Positions 46,722 through 59,808 are shown, counted from the stretch's first letter. The stretch is 64,000 nt of DNA from Rhynchopus sp. YZ270_cl-10 (GCA_964035575.1 OZ037834.1:248001-312000), one strand, 5' to 3'. The notes: generated by a model not told the origin, from the letters alone. A program made the numbers and translations.

Positions 46722-47028
46722 CTAAAAAACTGAAAGTGGAGATTGTACAAAACTGTGTCAACACCACTCCAACAATTTATCAAAACAAAAAAAAAGCTTC
46801 TGTGTGGCATCTGCCACACAGGAGAGGTCATCATCGGTGTTCATCAGCGGTTACGTAAAAGCGGTTTGTATAGTGGAGTTCATCCTTCGGGTGTCTACAC
46901 TAATACAACCAAATTTTCAAAAAAAAAACAAAACAAAAAAAAACAGAACAAAACTACTATCTCTCTCGGAAAACTAAATCATTGTTTTCCAGATTTCTTT
47001 CAATTCCCCGTACCCCCTTCTTTCTAAG

Positions 47029-47070
47029 GTGACTAAGCACGAGAGGCTTAGGATCATCTTATAAACTTTT
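47029..47070. repeat. Hairpin micro-element family C (representative copy)
   Basis: GGTGACTAAGCAC(A)GAGAGGCTTAGGWTCATC. Copies near 8546, 21676, 34934, 40495, 40878, 48581, 48876, 53919, 58071 and 61183. Confidence 0.85.
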
Positions 47071-47719
47071 CTTCTTTTTTTCTCTCTCTTTACACGTCTC
47101 ATCGTCTACAGATGTGTTTTGTCTAACAACTTCCACCTTTTTTGTTTTTCCTATCTTTTTTCCTGTTTCTTTTGTTTTTCTAACTATATTGCAAAACGCC
47201 CAATGGGTGGGGCTATACGGGAGGGGATGTTTCACTACTTTTCACAACTAATGTGATGTGTGAAAAATTGTGAAAAAAAAAGTTGTGAAACCCCGTCTCC
47301 CGCGTATAGTACCAGATGGGGCAGTTTTTATCATCCTCCCCACTTCCTCATTCCCTGCCCCCCAGCAAAGACAAAATACGTACAAAAAAACAAAAAAAAA
47401 AATTTTTTTTTTTTTGATCTATTTTCGAACCTTTTTTTTTTTCAAATTCCTTTCTATCTGCTGTTAGCTCCCTTCCCTCTTTTTCCTTCCCCCCTCCCAC
47501 TCCCCCACGAAGCTCGTTGTGCGTGGCCTTTTCTTTGACCCCCATCTTTCAAAGCGCTTTTGTTTCAAATTTCCTTTTAAACAAGGGATCAGATCAGAAG
47601 CTGTTGACTTGATGTCTTTTTTTTTTCCAACTAGTTTTTTTAAAGGTGTCTTAAGCACTGCGAAGCTTAAGTTCGGACAAAAAACTATCATTTTTTTTTT
47701 TTTTTTTGAACCAGTACCT

Positions 47720-47760
47720 GCGTCCGCTGATGAACGGTGAGGCGTTTGCACTTTCAATTT
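47720..47760. repeat. Micro-element family E (representative copy)
   Basis: GCGTCCGCYGATGAACGGTGAGGCGTTTGCACTTT. Copies near 18802, 21219, 24138, 42308 and 58377. Confidence 0.8.
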
Positions 47761-50700
47761 CTCTTTGTTTTGTTGTTGCTTTTTTTTATTTATTTATTTT
47801 TCACACGTGTGTACAGCGAGGCATATTCAATGAAGTGTAGTGTAGTACAAAGACCATGTCACCGGACATGGCCATTTATCGAAACAGCAACAAACAAAAC
47901 AAAAAAGGAGAAATGACGTCGGTACCTAACGTCATTTCCCCCCCCCCCCCAAAAAAAAAAACAAAAACAAAACAAAACAAAAGCTCACCCTTCTCCCCTC
48001 TCACCCTCTCCCTCACAACACAACCGGTTATTCTCAGAAGCATTTTGCTCTGCAAAAAAAACCTCCTGTTGTTGTCGTCCTCCCTCCCTCCCCCCCCCAC
48101 CACACACGATCCACAAAAATATCACACACCACACCCTCCACACAAAAAAAAGAGTACAGAGATCTTTGCACGATGTGGCAAATACAAAAAGGCAATTATT
48201 TTCTACTCCCGACAATTTCAGCAAAAAAGAGACAAAACCGATCCTTAGGGGGTTGTGTGTCTCCACCAATACTTAACAAAAAATCCACCAAAACATACTA
48301 CAAGTGCACACATACACACAACCTCCCTCCGTCCTCTTCATTTGGTTAGTAAGGGAATTTCCACTTTTCCTTCCCTGTCTTGGCAATAAGGAAGGGAAGT
48401 ACCTGTACCGGTAACAAAAAAACTGACCGTAAAAAAAAAAAAATGTTTGACCTTTTTTTTTTACGGTCGGTATATGTTACCGGTACGGTGCATCTGTTTA
48501 TTCCCTCTTGAAAAGATGTTGTGATGAGAGAGAGAGCGAGGTACACTCATCTTCCAAGGTTTCCTTTTTTTGTCTTATGATGCCTAGGCTTAGGTTCATC
48601 TTTGCAAAAAAAAAAAAAAAACAATAATTCATTTCCCCCCTCACCTAAGGTCTTTAAGATGTGTATACGAGAGGTACTGTCATCCATAAACGTTTTTTTT
48701 TTTTTTTTGTTTTGTTTTGTTTTGTTTGCAGCATTTCGCCCTCCCTTCCTGTGTGTGTTTTTTTTTTCCTTCTCTTTTTTGTTGAAATACTTTTTTTGAC
48801 AAAACAAAATACCCAATTCCTAATGCAGAATTCAGTTATTTGGTGTTCAAAAGCACGTGGACTTGTTTTTATAAGGTGACTAAGTATGAGAGGCTTAGGG
48901 TCATCTTATAAACCTTTTCTTTGATATGTGTGACGCTCGATGTATAGAACAGCTCGATCGGATCTTCTTAAGTACCGATTCTTTGTTCGAAAGCATGGCT
49001 CGTAACACTTCTTATAGCTTTTGAACATATCGTGTCTGCCAAAAAACGGAGTACACTACAACTAACGCAATAGTACGCAATATGGTTGTCAGAAGAAGCA
49101 CCAGAAATTCAAATAATTTTGTTGTGAAAAAAAAAAATACACCAGAGTAGCGGAGAGAGGAAGTGAGGGGGTGTAACGAAATGCTTTGCCCCATCGTTTA
49201 TTTATTTAAAGGGGGGGTAGACCTATTATTACAGTAGACCTATTATTCCGTAATAATAGGTCCACCGTTTTTGGCCTTTTATTTAAAGTTTAACTTTTGA
49301 AAGTTTAAAAAATTTTAAGTTGAGAAAAGTTCGATTTCGGCCTCGAAAATACCCGTGACACCGATTTGTCACGGAATTTTGTCACGGAATTTTTTTGAAA
49401 GATTCGATTTCGTGACAAAAAAAAATCGATTTCGTGACAAACCAATTTTTTCATTGACACACAAAATTCAATTTCGTGACAAACCGATTTTTTCATTGAC
49501 AAAAAAAATTCGATTTCGTGACAAATCCAAAAATTCAGTGACAAAAAAATGTCAATGAAAAAATGGATTTTGTCAAGGAAACCGAACTTTTTGTCAAGGA
49601 AAAAGTCGTGACAGAAATGGATGTTGTCAAGGAAACGAAACTTTTTGTCACGGAAAAAGTCGTGACAGGGCACTGGGTACTGGGTACACTGGATACAAGG
49701 ATAAAAGTCGTGAAAGAGCAACCACAGCTCCACATGACAAACACAAAAGTGTCCAGTCACGTGGGGCATGCATGCACTGAGGAGATAATGATCCAACAAT
49801 TTACAAGAAAGATTACTTAACCTACTGCTGGAAATTGCCAGGTCGTAGTAACACACAAAGTGTGCCTCCGTTCGGGAAGACCGGATATTCTAGAGACCAA
49901 AAAGGCCTCAAGAATATCTTCCGGTAGTCAAGGTATAACCGAATGAACGGCCCAAGACCCCCGTGGAGAAGTTAAATGTGTAATGCTATCAGGTAGAAAC
50001 TGCGAACACTGTCTTACCCTCCTCAATGCATGGTGGAAGATGTCTTTCACAACAAATATCCTGTACCCAGGTACCCATATTCCCAGACCCACGTAGTACC
50101 ACACCGCAGTACTACGCAAAATTTACCACCAGACCCTGTCTTCGTGCACCTTAAGTACAACGCCGCAGACAGGCCAAACATGCGTTGGACTCAGAGGAAT
50201 GCCTGCTGTGCAGTGTATCAATGAGAACCAACTCCCAGCAACAAGGGGTGCCTTTTGGCGGGCGTTGTTGAGGGTGTTTGGGGTGCAAAGTTTTCCACAA
50301 TTTTGATGCGCGGGTACAGAAGTGTTATCTTGTTCTTTCATCTCTAGGAATGTAAATGTCAATCGCGTTTAACTACCACGAGGGCTTGTTCAGTGAACCC
50401 ACAAGGGGTCGAAGGGGGTTGGTTATCCCGTATCTATCAAAGGTTGTGTCGACCAGGCTAAACCACTATGTTACGCTGTACGTTGTTAAATCCGAAGAAA
50501 TAACACTTTAGCAGCCGCAGGAAGTTTGCTAAAAAGAGTGCCTCACGCTACACAAACCACCACCCGCGATTGACTTAGATGTTATAACAAAGAGAATTCA
50601 GAACAAAACAACACCCTGCCCCATACACACTAAATTGTCATGCTTCAAGAGCATGCCTGGGCCAAAATTACTATGACGAAAAGGCAACAAGACCACCCAC

Positions 50701-50762
50701 AAGGAGTGTGAATTGTGCACTGGTTTTCTGGGGGAACAAACAATATTTTCTTATGTCTAGTC

Positions 50763-52214
50763 CAGGGTAGATCCTTAGCGAAAGTGAAAATAAGGATTCG
50801 AGTTTTTTTATTTTTTTTTCCTTTTTTTTTTTCCTTTTTTCTCTGGCCCATTTTTTTGGTTACCTACTAATTTCCAGCCACAGAGTGGCACCACCACGGT
50901 CCGCAATCGATCCGGAAAGTCAAAATAAGGGGGAAACCAAAAGGAAAAAAAGTAAAAGTTCGCTACCGTTTTTTGGCTGGCCTTCGGCCCGCCAATGCCC
51001 CTTTAATATTTGTCTTCACTTCATAAGACAAGGACCAATGAGTGTCAATTCTCAGTGTCACCTTGCATAAGACAATTTTGAAGCATATTTTTGAAGAACA
51101 CAATTACTATGTCCACAAACCCGCAAAGCGGACCATTGTAAAAGGGTTGGTGCTGAGGGTGGAGGTTTCGAAGAAGTGCGTGTGTGTTAAAGGTCGGGTA
51201 TGAGTAAATAAAGACTTCAACCGGACCAAGGCAGAGACACAACACTGTTAGGCCAAAATCCAAAAACCCATAGGGCCCCAGCAGCATTGTTGTCGAAAAT
51301 CCCCACTTAATTTTTGGTGGGATTTTGAACTTTGCCCAAAACCTGCGGAAAAAAATTTCCGAAAAATTTCGCTGCGCTCGTGGAGGTTCACCCAATGCGG
51401 TCTCGCCTACCCAAACTGCTGGTGCATTGGCACTACCTATTTAATTTTGAAAATTTTCTTGCTAATGCCGGGCACTACCACTTTTTTTCAGAATGTTTCT
51501 AGAAAGTATTACCCTTGTCAGAGGGCGCAGTGTCCGACAAGGGTCACAGCCAGAATGCGATTTAATTGGTCAAATGCCGAAGGAAAAGGAAGCATGCGAA
51601 AGAAAAAAAGTAGCGTACCGTGCGCCTGCGGCGCAAGATTGTAACCCACCCTTCCCATGACTAGTTTGGCAGTAAAAATGTGCAATTTTGAGCGCAATTT
51701 TTTGAAATGTTTCGTACCGTGGCTTCGCCAGGAACCTTTGGGTGCCATGACCACCGTTTCTTTTTGTAAATATACTGAGGTCACTGCGCGTGCCTGGTGC
51801 AAATATCAATACAGTGCCGAACTCCGCAGTAGGATAACCGAGGAATTCTCACATTCCGCCGGAGGCCCCGAACGAGCTGGGTTGGGCTCGACCGAGATTC
51901 AGCGAAAACCCCCAAAACCTATATTATCCCCTGGGGTATAGTTCTACGACAGCTGATATGTGTAAAAAAACACCACTATTCTGCCTCAGTACAGTACCAA
52001 CCTGCTTGTTGGATTTTTTTTTAGACCGTCACTCAATTTTTCCGCTCGCTGCGCGAGCGGAAAAACCATCAACCCCCACGATTCCCAAAAAACCTGAAAG
52101 TTAGCGTCAGGCCTGCGCGGAAAAATTTGAAAAACGGGAGAGAAAAAAAAAGGAAAAAAACGAAAATAAATCTGGGATTATTAGCGTTTTTAGCGAAAAT
52201 AAGGATCTACCCTG
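50763..52214. mobile_element. Non-autonomous hAT-type element nested in the 4.6-kb element
   Basis: Perfect 15-bp TIR CAGGGTAGATCCTTA and 8-bp TSD GTCTAGTC (50755-50762, 52215-52222). Confidence 0.9.
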
Positions 52215-52835
52215 GTCTAGTCCTCCGGAAGCAGAGGACAGACTTTCCGGAAGGTTTCCAAAGTCGAATTTCTTGCACTAGCTATGCTCCCTGGTTAATG
52301 GCTATAGCAGTGACTGACAAAGTGTTCCCACCCCCCTTTCCACCACCATAATAACCGAACTCTGCTTATCAAACCACAATCTGAATCTGCTTCCGTCGCA
52401 TGCGCTGGTGGATTCGATCTGTTTTGGTGTGTGTAATGGAATGTATGGGTGAGGGTTGGGGTATTAGGTATAGAAACTTGCGCACCCATTAATTTTTTAC
52501 CGAATGAAAATGAAATCTGCAATGAGTGTCTGCTGCATATCATTTAGTGGGGCTGGCCTCTGGCCAGAGGCGTGCAAGCCTGACCGTGTTCGCGATATAC
52601 TAAGTCTTGCATAATCATAAAGTTATCATACCTTGTGTCTTCAGTCTCTGCCCTTCGGTTTCTAGACAGCTCAAGAATGGCCTCTTTTGTGTTTGTCAAG
52701 GTCACTTTTCAGTGACTGGCGGGTTGGCTGTCACAACTTTTTCCTTGACAAAATCCATTTTTTCAATGACATTTTTTTGTCAATGAAAAAATGGATTTGT
52801 CACGAAATCGAATTTTTTTTTGTCAATGAAAAAAG

Positions 52836-53615
52836 TCATTTGTCACTAAATTGAATTTTGTGTGTCAATGAAAAAATCGGCTTGTCACGAAATCGAACTT
52901 TTTTTGTCACGAAATCGAATCTTTCAAAAAAATTCCGTGAAAAAATTCCGTGACAAATCGGTGTCACGGGTATTTTCGAGGCCGAAATCGAACTTTTCTC
53001 TTTTAAGTTTAACTGTAATAATAGGTGTGACTTGTACTTCGAGTGGTGGGTGCTCGTATCCACCAAACGACAAGCCGTCTTCTTCCCCGGCCCGCTCTGT
53101 GCCCGGTGCTGGTTGATCTCCTCCTCCCACTTCTTGCATTGCTGTACCTTGGGCGTCGTCTTGAGTCCGAGCACTTCCACCAAGTGCTTCCTGGACCTGA
53201 GGTCGCCACCCCCCGCAACGACCGCCACCTTGCACCACGAGGGGATCTCGATGCGCTTGTTGGTGGGGGTCGCCGGGGCTTTGGATGCCCAGAATTTTTT
53301 AACACACCAGTCGTCCTTTTCGCGGACGGGGTTGTACTCCTCGACTTCGGCGGGGGTGTTGGGGTCGTCGCCATCGTCATCGTCCACGACGATCGTCGCA
53401 ACATCAATTACATCAAGGATACAACTGATCTCGTCGTCGCTGTCGATCTCGAAAGGCTCCATCACATCGTGATCGAGGTCAACGACAGGGATCGGCTCAT
53501 CTTCTATCTCCACATCCACATCCAGAGACTCATCCAGAGACTCATCCAGATCCACGTATTGAGGTTCTGGTTTAGGCGGTGCAGACACAATCACAGGAGA
53601 GTCAGAGCCAGACAT
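52836..53615 (-). CDS. Transposon-borne acidic ORF with SIM-like motifs; the C-terminus runs into the element's inverted repeat
   Basis: ATG at 53615; coding-like GC composition over 53040-53615; YVDLD, VVDLD, VIDV and IVVDDDD motifs; the last ~60 aa are translated repeat DNA. Confidence 0.55.
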   Translation of the reverse strand: MSGSDSPVIVSAPPKPEPQYVDLDESLDESLDVDVEIEDEPIPVVDLDHDVMEPFEIDSDDEISCILDVIDVATIVVDDDDGDDPNTPAEVEEYNPVREKDDWCVKKFWASKAPATPTNKRIEIPSWCKVAVVAGGGDLRSRKHLVEVLGLKTTPKVQQCKKWEEEINQHRAQSGPGKKTACRLVDTSTHHSKYKSHLLLQLNLKEKSSISASKIPVTPICHGIFSRNFFERFDFVTKKVRFRDKPIFSLTHKIQFSDK

Positions 53616-54236
53616 GTTTTAAAGTTGGAATGATTTTGTCGTATAATCCTGACAGGGCTGTTGACTATGTGGGGGCGGTAAGGGTGGAATAGGGGGTAAT
53701 AGGGTAATAGGTGTCATAGGTGTAATAGTGCTTAAATAGCGCTTAAATAACACTGTAATAATAGGTCATTAAACTTTTCAAAAGTTAAACTTTTTTGGGA
53801 TTTTTCAGGGAAAAAAAATTTTTTAAGGTGTAATAATAGGTCTACTCCCCCTTTATTTTATTCAGTGCCCGTTTTTTTTTTTGCACTTTAAACCCTGTCT
53901 TTTATTTTTAAAAAATGGTGACAAATAGAGGCTTAGGTTCATTTTACAAAAAAAGCCAAAAAAAAAAGTCTTGCTTTGGTGTTCATGATTTCACCCCAAA
54001 AAAGGCACCAAAAGGTGCTTCGGAATTGCGGGTCAGGAATACCATTGTTGCTTACCACCCTTCATTGTTTTATTTTTGGAACGCATCCTGCAAGGTTTGT
54101 AACTTTTGTATCCGCGTTTGCAAAAAAAAATACAGTGGAGATTGCACAAACTGTGGCAACACAAACCGAGGCAACTACACTACTCCAACAATTTATCAAA
54201 AAAGAAATAAAGTAGTGACTAGTGGAGCACACTCCA

Positions 54237-54372
54237 GGCATACTGTGCAGACGAACCATTGATTCGTTGATGTTCGTCCTGGGTCTGGCGGGGGAAATGG
54301 TTTGTCGATGTTCGTCGGACGAAGATCGACAAACCAAAACGACGAACTTTTGGTTCGCCTGCACACTATGTC
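54237..54372. mobile_element. MITE inserted in the loop of a hairpin micro-element
   Basis: 22-bp imperfect TIR GGCATACTGTGCAGACGAACCA; splits GTGGAGCACACTC|TAGGGTGGCTACACT. Confidence 0.8.
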
Positions 54373-56653
54373 TAGGGTGGCTACACTAATATATAACCAA
54401 GTTTTCAAAAAAAAATAATGGATGAAATCTCTCGCTTGCCCCACATCTTCTTTCACATCGTAAAGTTGCTTTACCCTATTTGCACCTTCCCCCCCACACC
54501 CCTTTTTTTTCCACGAATGTATTTTCAAACACTAATGAAATGTAATGAACGAGCCGCCCTTTTTTGTGTATCACAAAAGAGCTGAAATTGATATCCCCAC
54601 CCAACCCACCAACACCCCCCCACACTTTCCGCGTGTGAGTCTCAAAAAGAAAGATCAAAATTTGAGATTTTGTTTTTTTTTGTTTTTGTGTGACAACCTC
54701 TTAACCGAGGTTTCCATTTCGTTGTAAGGATTTACCCCATTTTCTTCCCCCTTATCTCTCCCTCTTTCTCCCTTTTTTAAAAAAAAAAAATGTGTGTTTG
54801 AAAAACAAAGAATGGGTAATTCCTGCGAGACAGTTACCACGATGTGTATTCATCTTAAAATTGTAGCTTTTTTGTTTTTTTTTTTTTAGATCGGTATGTG
54901 TACAATCGCGAGGTGTTTGTAACCATCTTTTTATTTTGTTTTTTTTTTTGTCACCTCATGAAATGAACCACCTGATTTTCACCCTGCGTATAGGCGCGGG
55001 GTAAAAAATCAGGTGGATGAAGGAGGAAAATAGAAAACAAAAGCATTTTTTTTGAAACACACCTTTTGCGCTTCTAGGGGACGAACCGCGCTGCAGAGAG
55101 CCACTCCTCACCAAAACAGGTCGGAGGTGTTGTGCGTTTCACCACAACCTCTCTCCCATGGGGTTTTTATCGTGTGATGAGTGTTACGTTTCTATTTTTT
55201 TTTTTTTTTTTAGGTTTCCTCTTCTTCTGTTCATTTTTTGTATTCATGTACTATTGTTGTTGTTGTTGTTTTTCAATGTGACTAAACAACGAGAGCAATA
55301 ACACAAAAAAAAAAACATAAAAAAAAAACAAATGACTGATGAATAAACAAAAGAATAATCTAATCAGCCTAACCAACGAGAGGCTACCGATTGTCTTCCA
55401 AAACATTTTTACCAAACTTTTCTCTCTTTTTTATAAAAAAAATGAACGAACAAAAAGTATAGCGCACACTCCCATGCTGCAATGATACTTTAAAAAAAAA
55501 CACCGTTTTTCAGATTTGCGAAGGAAAAAAGGCAACTGAAAAGAGTTTTTAGCAGAAAGTGAGACAAAAGAAAAGTTGGTGGAGTTCATCTCCTCAGGGG
55601 GGTCTAACAACCCACCGACTCCATTTTCTTGGAGCGTCCAGAACAGTACCTGCTCTGTTCCCTTAAAAAAAAGGAATGGTGCAAAAGGTTTCGCAAAAAG
55701 AAAAGTTGGTGGAGCTCATCCTCAGGGTGTCTAGCAACAAAGTTTCAAAAAAAAAAAAAAGAGGACAGGAAAAGGGAACAGAGAGGGAACAAAAATTCAT
55801 CATTTCGGCAAAAAGAGAAAAAAAAATATATGGACAATCTGCGTCTATACCTTCTGTGCAACAAAAAAAAAGGCTTTCGGCTGACATTGAATGTACAGAT
55901 CTTTACACCGATATCGGTGTAAAGTGAGTTGTCGACACAACAAAAAAAAGAGGATCAATCCGTTGTAATAAATATGGATGGTCCTGTCTCCGGTCTGTCA
56001 AGCCCCCTTCCTCCTGGGTCCTCAATTGAACTAAAGAAAACACACACATTTTTTTTCTTCCTTTTGCATGTGTTGACCCTCTCACATACTTTCAATTCTG
56101 TGAATTGAAAGTATATGAATCTAATTCCTTTTTCAAATCCCCCCCTTCAAGTCCCCCCTTTTTTTTCCCTCCACTCCATTTGGCCACTTTACAAATTTTC
56201 TCTCCCCCGTCTCGTTGCTCACAGCCTTTCCCCCTCTCCCCACCCGCGTGAAAATTGTCAATAATAAAAAAAAAAAATGAATTTTTTTCCTCAGAGTGAC
56301 ACCCCGCCTCGCCTTCCCGGCATTTGCATATTTTTCTTTGTCAACTTTTTTTTTTCTCTTTATTTTTCTCTTCAACCTTTCCTCTCTCTCTTTAACAAAA
56401 ATCCCATCCCTCTTTTAAGAAAATAGTGGAGTGCATCCTTGGGTGACTACACTATTCCAACAATTTTTCAAAAAAAAAAAAAGTAAAATCAGCGCAAAGA
56501 TCCCCCCCCTCCCTTCAAGAAAACCTTTCAAGCAACCAACAAAAAAAAACCAACAAGAACAGACTAACTTTTTCAAAAAAAAAAACCAAAAAAAAACGGA
56601 TATCGGGTAAAAAATGATGGTATGGATTTAACAAAAAGGTGTTTTTTAAATAA

Positions 56654-57680
56654 TGGTGTGATTCAAGGGGTACGGGGAACCCACGGGAGAACCACGGAGG
56701 AACCTCGGAGAACTGCTAGGGGGTATACTTTTTTTTTGTTGTTCTCGGTTTCTGTCACAAGGGGAAAATGACCACAAATTTGACTGAGAGAGGTCACCAC
56801 GGGTTTGTATTGGTTGAAACGTGCCAATAATGGCATTTTCGCGCGAAAATAACGGAAAAAATCCCTTGAAAAAAAATAAACCGCCCGTATATAGTGTATA
56901 CTGTGTATACTGTGTATACTGTGTATACTGTGTATACTGTGTATACTGTGTATACTGTGTATACTGTGTATACTGTGTATACTGTGTATACTGTGTATAC
57001 TGTGTATACTGTGTATACTGTGTATACTGTGTATACTGTGTATACTGTGTATACTGTGTATACTGTGTATACTGTGTATACTGTGTATACTGTGTATACT
57101 GTGTATACTGTGTATACTGTGTATACTGTGTATACTGTGTATACTGTGTATACTGTGTATACTGTGTATACTGTGTATACTGTGTATACTGTGTATACTG
57201 TGTATACTGTGTATACTGTGTATACTGTGTATACTGTGTATACTGTGTGCAATACGCAACTATTTTTCCCATGGCCGCTTGGGGGCTTTCCCAGTGTTTG
57301 TGGCACCCGCGTGCGGTGGTGGTGCATCACATTCCCTTTCCTCCGGGTCGCGGTGTCTGACTGCACAGCCAAGTAGTGCCCCACGTGCCACTGTCCTGAC
57401 TTGTCGAGGGGCCTGTGTCTGACTGCACGGCCAAGTCAACACCGTCAGTTTGCTTTAGAAAATTCATTTTTCGTTTTTTTTTTTTGGTCGTTACTTTTAT
57501 GTTTTGGTCAGCAAAATCACTTTTACACAACCTGAGGGTACGTGTGCGGTTGCCAGGTCTCGAAGCCCACCCGGGTGGCGAAAACCGAAAACAACACAAA
57601 AAAAGTATACCCCCCTTACCGGAGTACCTACGGAAGAACCACGGAAGAACCTCGGAGAATCGGTTTGGGTGGTCACACCA
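56654..57680. mobile_element. Non-autonomous TIR element, TG...CA ends, 5-bp TSD AATAA, carrying (CTGTGTATA)n
   Basis: TGGTGTGA / TCACACCA ends; AATAA on both sides; inner inverted repeat GGGGGTATACTTTTT...CGGTTT; direct repeat AGAACCACGGARGAACCTCGGAGAA near both ends. Confidence 0.8.
56901..57242. repeat. (CTGTGTATA)~38 microsatellite
   Basis: Perfect array with the same unit as at 9988 and 11055. Confidence 0.97.
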
Positions 57681-57828
57681 AATAATTTTTTTTCCCCTCC
57701 TTTTTTTTGTGGTGGGGTTGCAGGGGACTTTACAGGATTTTTTTTTCGCTTCCAAAAAAACCCGAAACTGGTTTACCCGGTTTTCAAAAAAAATCGGTGA
57801 ACCGGAAAATTAAAGTCCTCTGGTGGGT

Positions 57829-57979
57829 CACGGCAGAGAATAAGCCGGGTTCCCGGTCCCCGGTACCTGGGTCCTGGTCCAGGTCAGGGTCCAGGTCCAG
57901 GTCCCGGTCCCGGGTCCCAGTCCGGCTGAGAATAACCGGGCCCCCGGTCCTGGGTCCCCGAGTCTTATTCTCTGCTGTG
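57829..57979. mobile_element. MITE with CACGGCAGAGAATAAG TIR and internal (GGTCCN)n
   Basis: Inverted ends matching at 15/16; hexamer repeats inside. Confidence 0.7.
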
Positions 57980-59808
57980 GTGGGGGTGGGGGGGGGGGGG
58001 GGGGGGGGTGTTCAGATCAACCTATTTCATCTTTTTTTCTTTTCTTTTCTTTTTTTTAATTTTCGGAGAGGTGACATTAGCAAAAGAAGAGGGCTTAGGA
58101 TCATCTTTACCAAACCCTTTTCTTTTTTTTCTCTTCTTTTTTGTTGTTTCTTTTTTTCTTCATCTATCTTTTTTTGCCTCTATTCTTGTTTTTCCTCTTC
58201 TTCTTTTCTTCAAAGAAGTCTTCCCATTCATAACCTGAAGGCAGAACTGGACATTCTATTATATAGGCAGAAAAGAGATGAAGAATTTGTGTCTTTTTTT
58301 TTTAGTGTGTAAAGAAATGTTTTTTGTAGCCACACAATAGCCCATCTCTCCCCACCCCCCACCCCCCTGGTGCCTTGCATCCGCCGATGTAGGTAAGGTG
58401 TTTGCACTTTTTCAACTTTTTTTTTTTTCTCTTTTTTCTTTTTCTCTTTTTTTTTTCCTTCCCCCCCCCGCCCTCCCCCCGTTCCCCACCGAATTCAGCT
58501 TTCCCTTTTAAATTTTATTTTTTTCTGTTTTTTTTTTAAACTCTCCCTCTCTCTCCCCTCATATCCAGCGCACACACAACCCGCGCCCCCTACCACCTTG
58601 TCTCCCTCAATATTTTTTTCTTGTACAGTGCACACTGCCCTCCTTTCAGTCCTACTGAATACGAGAGGGTATAAACACTACATTATCTTTTCGCCCTTCC
58701 CTCCCACCCTTCGATAACGTCAAAAAAAAAAAAACTCCCCAATCCTCCATTTTTTAACCATACCAAAAAAATAATAATGCAACAATGTATTTCGAATTTT
58801 TTGAGTATTAAAAGCCCCCATTTTTCCTTTTTTTTTTCCCCCTTTTTTGCAAGGGTGAAGTAAATGATTTGAGTTGTGATTTTTACTTTTTTGTGGTTTT
58901 CACTGTTTTTAATCCAAAAATGTGAAATCACAACACCACAACGTCAAGTCATTTCCTTCACTGTCGTGATTTGTTTTTAAACCTTACCCCCCCCCGGACA
59001 CACTTTTTTCTTTTTTTTTTTTCCTTCTTATTTTATGGCTTATTTTTAATAGGTCAACATTGAGTACAGACTGTTCAGAGACACCTTATCCCCCCACGGT
59101 GAGTTGCTGAGGGATATTTGACAAAAAATTGTCAAAAAAAAAAAAAAAAATGGCAACACAAAACAAAAGAACGGTGTAAAAAACACAGTGTATCCCCCAC
59201 CGCTGTTCAAGGTTTTTTTATACCAAAACCTCTACCAAATAAATACACTGTTCCTTTGCAAAATAAAAAAATAAATAGTGGAGCACACTCTAGGGTGGCT
59301 ACACTAATACAACCAAGTTTTCAAAATAAAAAAAATCTAAAGTTTTGGGTTTCAATATCTGGTTGAAAGATCAAAACGACAAATTTTTTCCCCCCTTCCC
59401 TACTCTTCTCTCCCCGTCTCCCCCTTCCCTCCACTTCAACAAACATTTTCAAAAAAAAAATCTTCCCGTCCCTACCCCCCGTCCTCCCCCCCCCCTCGAC
59501 ACTACTGACATTTAAATTCATCCAAAGTTTTTATTGAAGTACATTTTTTTTTTCTCTCTGTCTCCCCCCCCTTATCCCTGCTTCATCGACAAAAAAAAAA
59601 AAACCGTTATTTTTTTTAGTAGGGTATGCACTAAACCCGGTCTGCACTGTAGGCAATCGTTCAAAAAAAAAAGTACCGTGCCGGTAACATATACTGACTG
59701 TAAAAAATGTTTGACCTTTTTCCGAGTTTGTAGGGAAGTTTGACCTTTTTTACGGTCAGTGTTTGTTACCGGTACGGTAGGGTGATTAAATAAATCATAA
59801 TTCATTAA

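Larger units (their letters stand above)
49210..53852. mobile_element. 4.6-kb TIR element, Kolobok-like (RR...YY ends, TTAA/TTAT flanks)
   Basis: TIR AGGGGGRGTAGACCTATTATTACA at both ends; subterminal inverted AAAGTTTAACTTTTGAAAG; long inverted repeats at about 49320-49600 / 52735-53000. The superfamily call is inferred from the ends only. Confidence 0.75.

Noticed and set aside
47727..47750. Other CTGATGA sites (47728, 13806, 21622) as hammerheads or C/D snoRNA boxes
   Set aside because: No stem II plus GAAA, and no paired C and D boxes.
56646..57384. YTQ/SIH/VYT repeat ORFs
   Set aside because: Same microsatellite artefact.
57721..57822. Small CAGGGGACTTTA/TAAAGTCCTCTG hAT-like MITE
   Set aside because: The inverted ends are plausible, but no clean 8-bp TSD was found, so it is left uncalled.
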